Assembly (NCBI GenBank): GCA_965645245.1 | Contig: OZ287082.1 | Span: forward strand, 434,001 to 498,000 | Reading direction: 5' to 3' | DNA length: 64,000 bases | From: Massalongia carnosa | Lineage: Eukaryota | Shown here: positions 60,685 to 64,000 of the stretch, in pieces | Position numbering within the stretch: position 1 is the stretch's first letter | How the letters are laid out: each line of letters starts with the position of its first letter | The notes under the pieces: generated by a model | What the model saw: only the letters and a program-made list of their open reading frames with translations | Database searches by the model: none | Told to the model about the DNA's origin: nothing | Translations under genes and position numbers: made by a program

Positions 60685-63494
60685 GGGTCGGGATACGGCA
60701 ACACCCTATTAGCTACCTTAACACCCTACTTTGCTACCTTCACACCCTACTTGGATAAATTCACACCCCCGAAAAAGTAACCGCAAAAGGAAAAGTTTCC
60801 GCCCCCCCTTTCCCGAGTAGGGTAAGCGGTGCGAAATTCTGTCGCCCATGTTTTCGAACATCAGGAATCAGAGTCGATTGGCACCATGTTGGCCATTCGC
60901 ACCTTGATTTCAAGCTACTAAACTTAAAGCAGACTAGCTACCTCATTTCCTGCCTGATCTATCGCTGCTTCATTCAACCCTCATTTTCGCCGTCTCCATC
61001 TCTGACATCTCCCTCACCTCCCTGATTCTCTCGCGCATTCCGAGCACTTCTTCGAATCCCTCGCGCACCTCGAGTCCCTCGAGTCTCCTGCGCATCCTGC
61101 GTCCCCCGCGTCCCCCGCGTCCCCCGCGTCCCCCGCGTCCCCCGCGTCCCCCGCGCATCTCCACCACCTCGATCAGCTCGATCAGCTCGAGCTCTTCTGC
61201 CTCGCGCCCTTGTCGGGGCTGGATCCGCCCGACGAATGACCCGTTCCACATCCGCTGGCACCTCTTCATCTTCTGCCGTCTCCATAATAACTCGCTCGAA
61301 TTGAGAAGTTTGTCGACCCGTAGAGGCATTGAAAGCTTGAGTTCTTCTGTTTTCCGCTCCCGAAGGTCGTCCACGAGGTCGAATAATGTCTGGTTCTTCC
61401 ACTATCAGCAGATTGAAATCATTGGCGGGAGCGTTTCTTTCAAATCTCCAATGTGGATGAACGTCTTCCAGCAATAAACTTCCTTCGCCATACAATCTTT
61501 CCTGAATTCTATGACTGCAAGGCAGTCCGGTGCTGGTTGTAAAAGAATTCGTACATGCTGGCAGAGCCGTCGGTCTCCCGGTCAGTAAATCGTACTGAGA
61601 ATTAATTCTTCTGATTGCCTTAGTACTGATGAATGGAGATATTTGCTGAAAAATTGATTTCCGAAGATCTAGCGGATGTCGCGTTTTGTCCTCATTCAAT
61701 TTGATCCAATAGTTATGATACTCGTTCACCAATAAAAGACTGATTCCGTCCACCACCGTTTTCAGATCTCCGGTCGACGTTCCTAATTGACGTTTGATCA
61801 CTGCATGCCCTCCCTCACCTCGAGAAGTAGTGGTGGTGTCAAAATGCAGTACTCGATTGGTAAAGCATCTTACGAAATGCTGAACATGAGTAATGTAGGT
61901 GGTAGCCAGATATTCCACTACCTCATACTCCTTGTATTTGATCGAAAACTGACCCCAGAGCTCCCATAGTATGACTTCCGATGAGGCGTAAGTTATCGCT
62001 TTCCATTCCGCAAAGAAGGTGTCCCATTCTTCCTTGCTGAATTGTCTTTTGCAATTGGCGACGACATTCTTATTGATATGCCAAATGCAAAGCAGATGAT
62101 TGGTACGAGGAAATTGCGCACGAAGAGCAAGCATCAGACTTCTTTCCATGTCGGTGACAATGACGGTCGGATCTGGAAGCTCCATTTGCAAATATAGAGC
62201 TTTGACTTGCCTCAAAACCCAGGTGTAGTCAAATTTTGTCTCACTGGCCATGAAGCAAAAAGCCACATAGAAATTGGTATGCAATGCGGTTTGACCGCTG
62301 ATGATCAGAAGAGGCATTTTGTAGCGATTGGTTTTATAAGTGCAATCCATGATCAGAACCTCATAGTTGGACTTTAAAAAAGTTCGGGAACTTCCTTTTA
62401 CAAAGAATAAATGAGTTATCTGATTGCGATCCTCCTCATTCTTTTGCATTTGATACAACCAATCGTCGCTCTGATCAAGCTCTCAAATCAATGCCTGTAT
62501 GGGAGTCAACGGTCCCAAAGCCTCGCGACGAAGTTGAGCCTTGAGATTGTAGATGTCTCGAGGTTTGATCATGGGATTGACGACTCGAGGATTGGCCGGA
62601 TCATCCCAATTGATTCCGGTGGTAAGATCAGGTATGCGCAGACTCGAAATCACTTTCGATGGAGCAGTCTGAACAGTTAGCTGACGCGATATCTCATCTT
62701 TTACCTCGGCGGTGATAGCCATCTTTCGATGCACTGGATGAGCCCCTGCCAAACTCGAGGCATGATTATGTTCCGATTTGACCACTTCCAAAAACCAGAT
62801 ATCAGACTCTTTTTCCCGAATCGCAATCATTGAAAAGGGACAAGCAATGGCTCTGCTGGCAGTATGACGACGACTTTGTCCGCGAGGTTCTCTTACTCTG
62901 CCTCCTCGATCGCAAATCAACCAAGCTTTGCGCGTATTTCCATCCTTATTCTTCTTCGTACGAACGAGAACAATTGCATAACCGCGCGGGCCAGCATGCT
63001 CATTGACTCGTTGAATCAAGTCTTCCAAAGACTCAAAGGATTGTCCTTCTTCCGGAGCAGTAAGAGGTGCTGAAGCTGACGAAGGGGGAGAAGCTGGCGG
63101 AGGGGGAGAAGCTGGCGGAGGGGGAGAAGCTGGCGGAGGGGGAGAAGCTGGCGGAGGGAAGGCAGATGCGACTCTTTCGAGGATGATGAGATTGGGAGCG
63201 GAAGAATTGGATTCGGTATCAAAACCATTGAACGTGTCATCGGAAGATGACATTCTGCAGGAGTAAGAAGGTTGCGGCGAAATTCCATGATGCGACGAAA
63301 TTTTGCGAAAGATGAAGCGAAATTTCAGGTGCGGCAAAATTTCGCGCCGCTTACCCTAATTGGGAAATGGAAGGGGGCGGAAACTTTCCCTTTTGCGGTT
63401 ACTTTTTCGGGGGTGTGAATGTATCCAAGTAGGGTGTGAAGGTAGCAAAGTAGGGTGTTAAGGTAGCTAATAGGGTGTGCCCGTATCCGCACCC
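60685..63494 (-). mobile_element. MULE (Mutator-like) DNA transposon with ~160-bp TIRs
   Basis: gggtcgggatacggcaacaccctattagctacc... is inverted at ...ggtagctaatagggtgtgcccgtatccgcaccc. Confidence 0.9.
60974..63253 (-). pseudogene. MULE transposase (FAR1-like DNA-binding domain, DDE core, SWIM-like finger, AT-hook) with one in-frame TGA at 62483-62485
   Basis: MDCTYKTNRYKMPL, VTDME, LCIWH, RGEGGH, GLPCSH, RPRGRP. Confidence 0.88.
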
Positions 63495-64000
63495 ATATTA
63501 TATATGAGAGACATATAAGCTGTAAGGAAGTGCGTATAAGCGGCGCCTACCGGCGCCCATACCGGCTAATCCTTATGTAGGGGTCCCCCGTTTCACGTGT
63601 GATAGGCTCACAGGGGATGGGTCATGAACTCAGTCAACGCAAAGGGGAAACCCAATGTATTGGTAGTTCTCAATACAAGAATCTCAAGCTAAGGAAGGAA
63701 AAGGGGCACGCGCCCTGAATAATTATCCGGAAACGCAAGGAACTCTAAAATAGAGAGTTTTAAAAAGTCTGCAACACTGTACAGTCAAACATTATAATCT
63801 TAATGTTCATGAGTTTCAAGGTTCAATTTGAAAGAAAAATTATAATAACTATATCTTGTGTTCCTCTATTTCATACTTTGATTTGTTAGCAGGTTTCCGG
63901 ACAAATATTCAGGACGGGTGAGGGGTCAAGGGATCTTACATGCAGGAGGCACGGCAGTAAGCGAGATGAGGTCACGTGCTAAGACTGAGATAGCGATAGA

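Noticed and set aside
60970..61374. RGG-repeat ORF
   Set aside because: Alternative frame of the 9-bp repeat in the transposase C-terminus.

Overview
This is a eukaryotic window, very probably from a filamentous ascomycete (short GT..AG introns with CTAAC-like branch sites, HET domain, chromoviruses), and it is dominated by transposable elements. 1-3.1 kb is the 5' half of a Ty1/copia element on the minus strand. 3.1-24.7 kb is a pile of nested or abutting copies of one AT-rich LINE family (ORF1 gag-knuckle; ORF2 APE-RT-RNase H; TAATG stop/start junction) whose long 5'UTR contains covarying hairpins. 24.7-43.6 kb holds a Tc1-like remnant, two complete chromodomain Ty3/gypsy elements with self-priming PBSs, two 571-bp self-priming TRIMs and a 164-bp-period AT-rich satellite. 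43.8-60.5 kb is an accessory-gene island: PD-(D/E)xK-like proteins, two APH-type kinases, C2H2/BTB remnants, and a HET gene head-to-head with a membrane-protein gene. 60.7-63.5 kb is a MULE. The best observation is a 580-bp non-coding, TSD-flanked retroposon (53792-54371, minus). Its first nucleotide is G1 of an HDV-like self-cleaving ribozyme fold, and its 3' end is a base-pair-covarying version of the 3' stem-loop/A-rich tail of the resident LINE family, making it a candidate ribozyme-headed SINE mobilised by that LINE. All calls were made by eye; no searches or folding programs were run.
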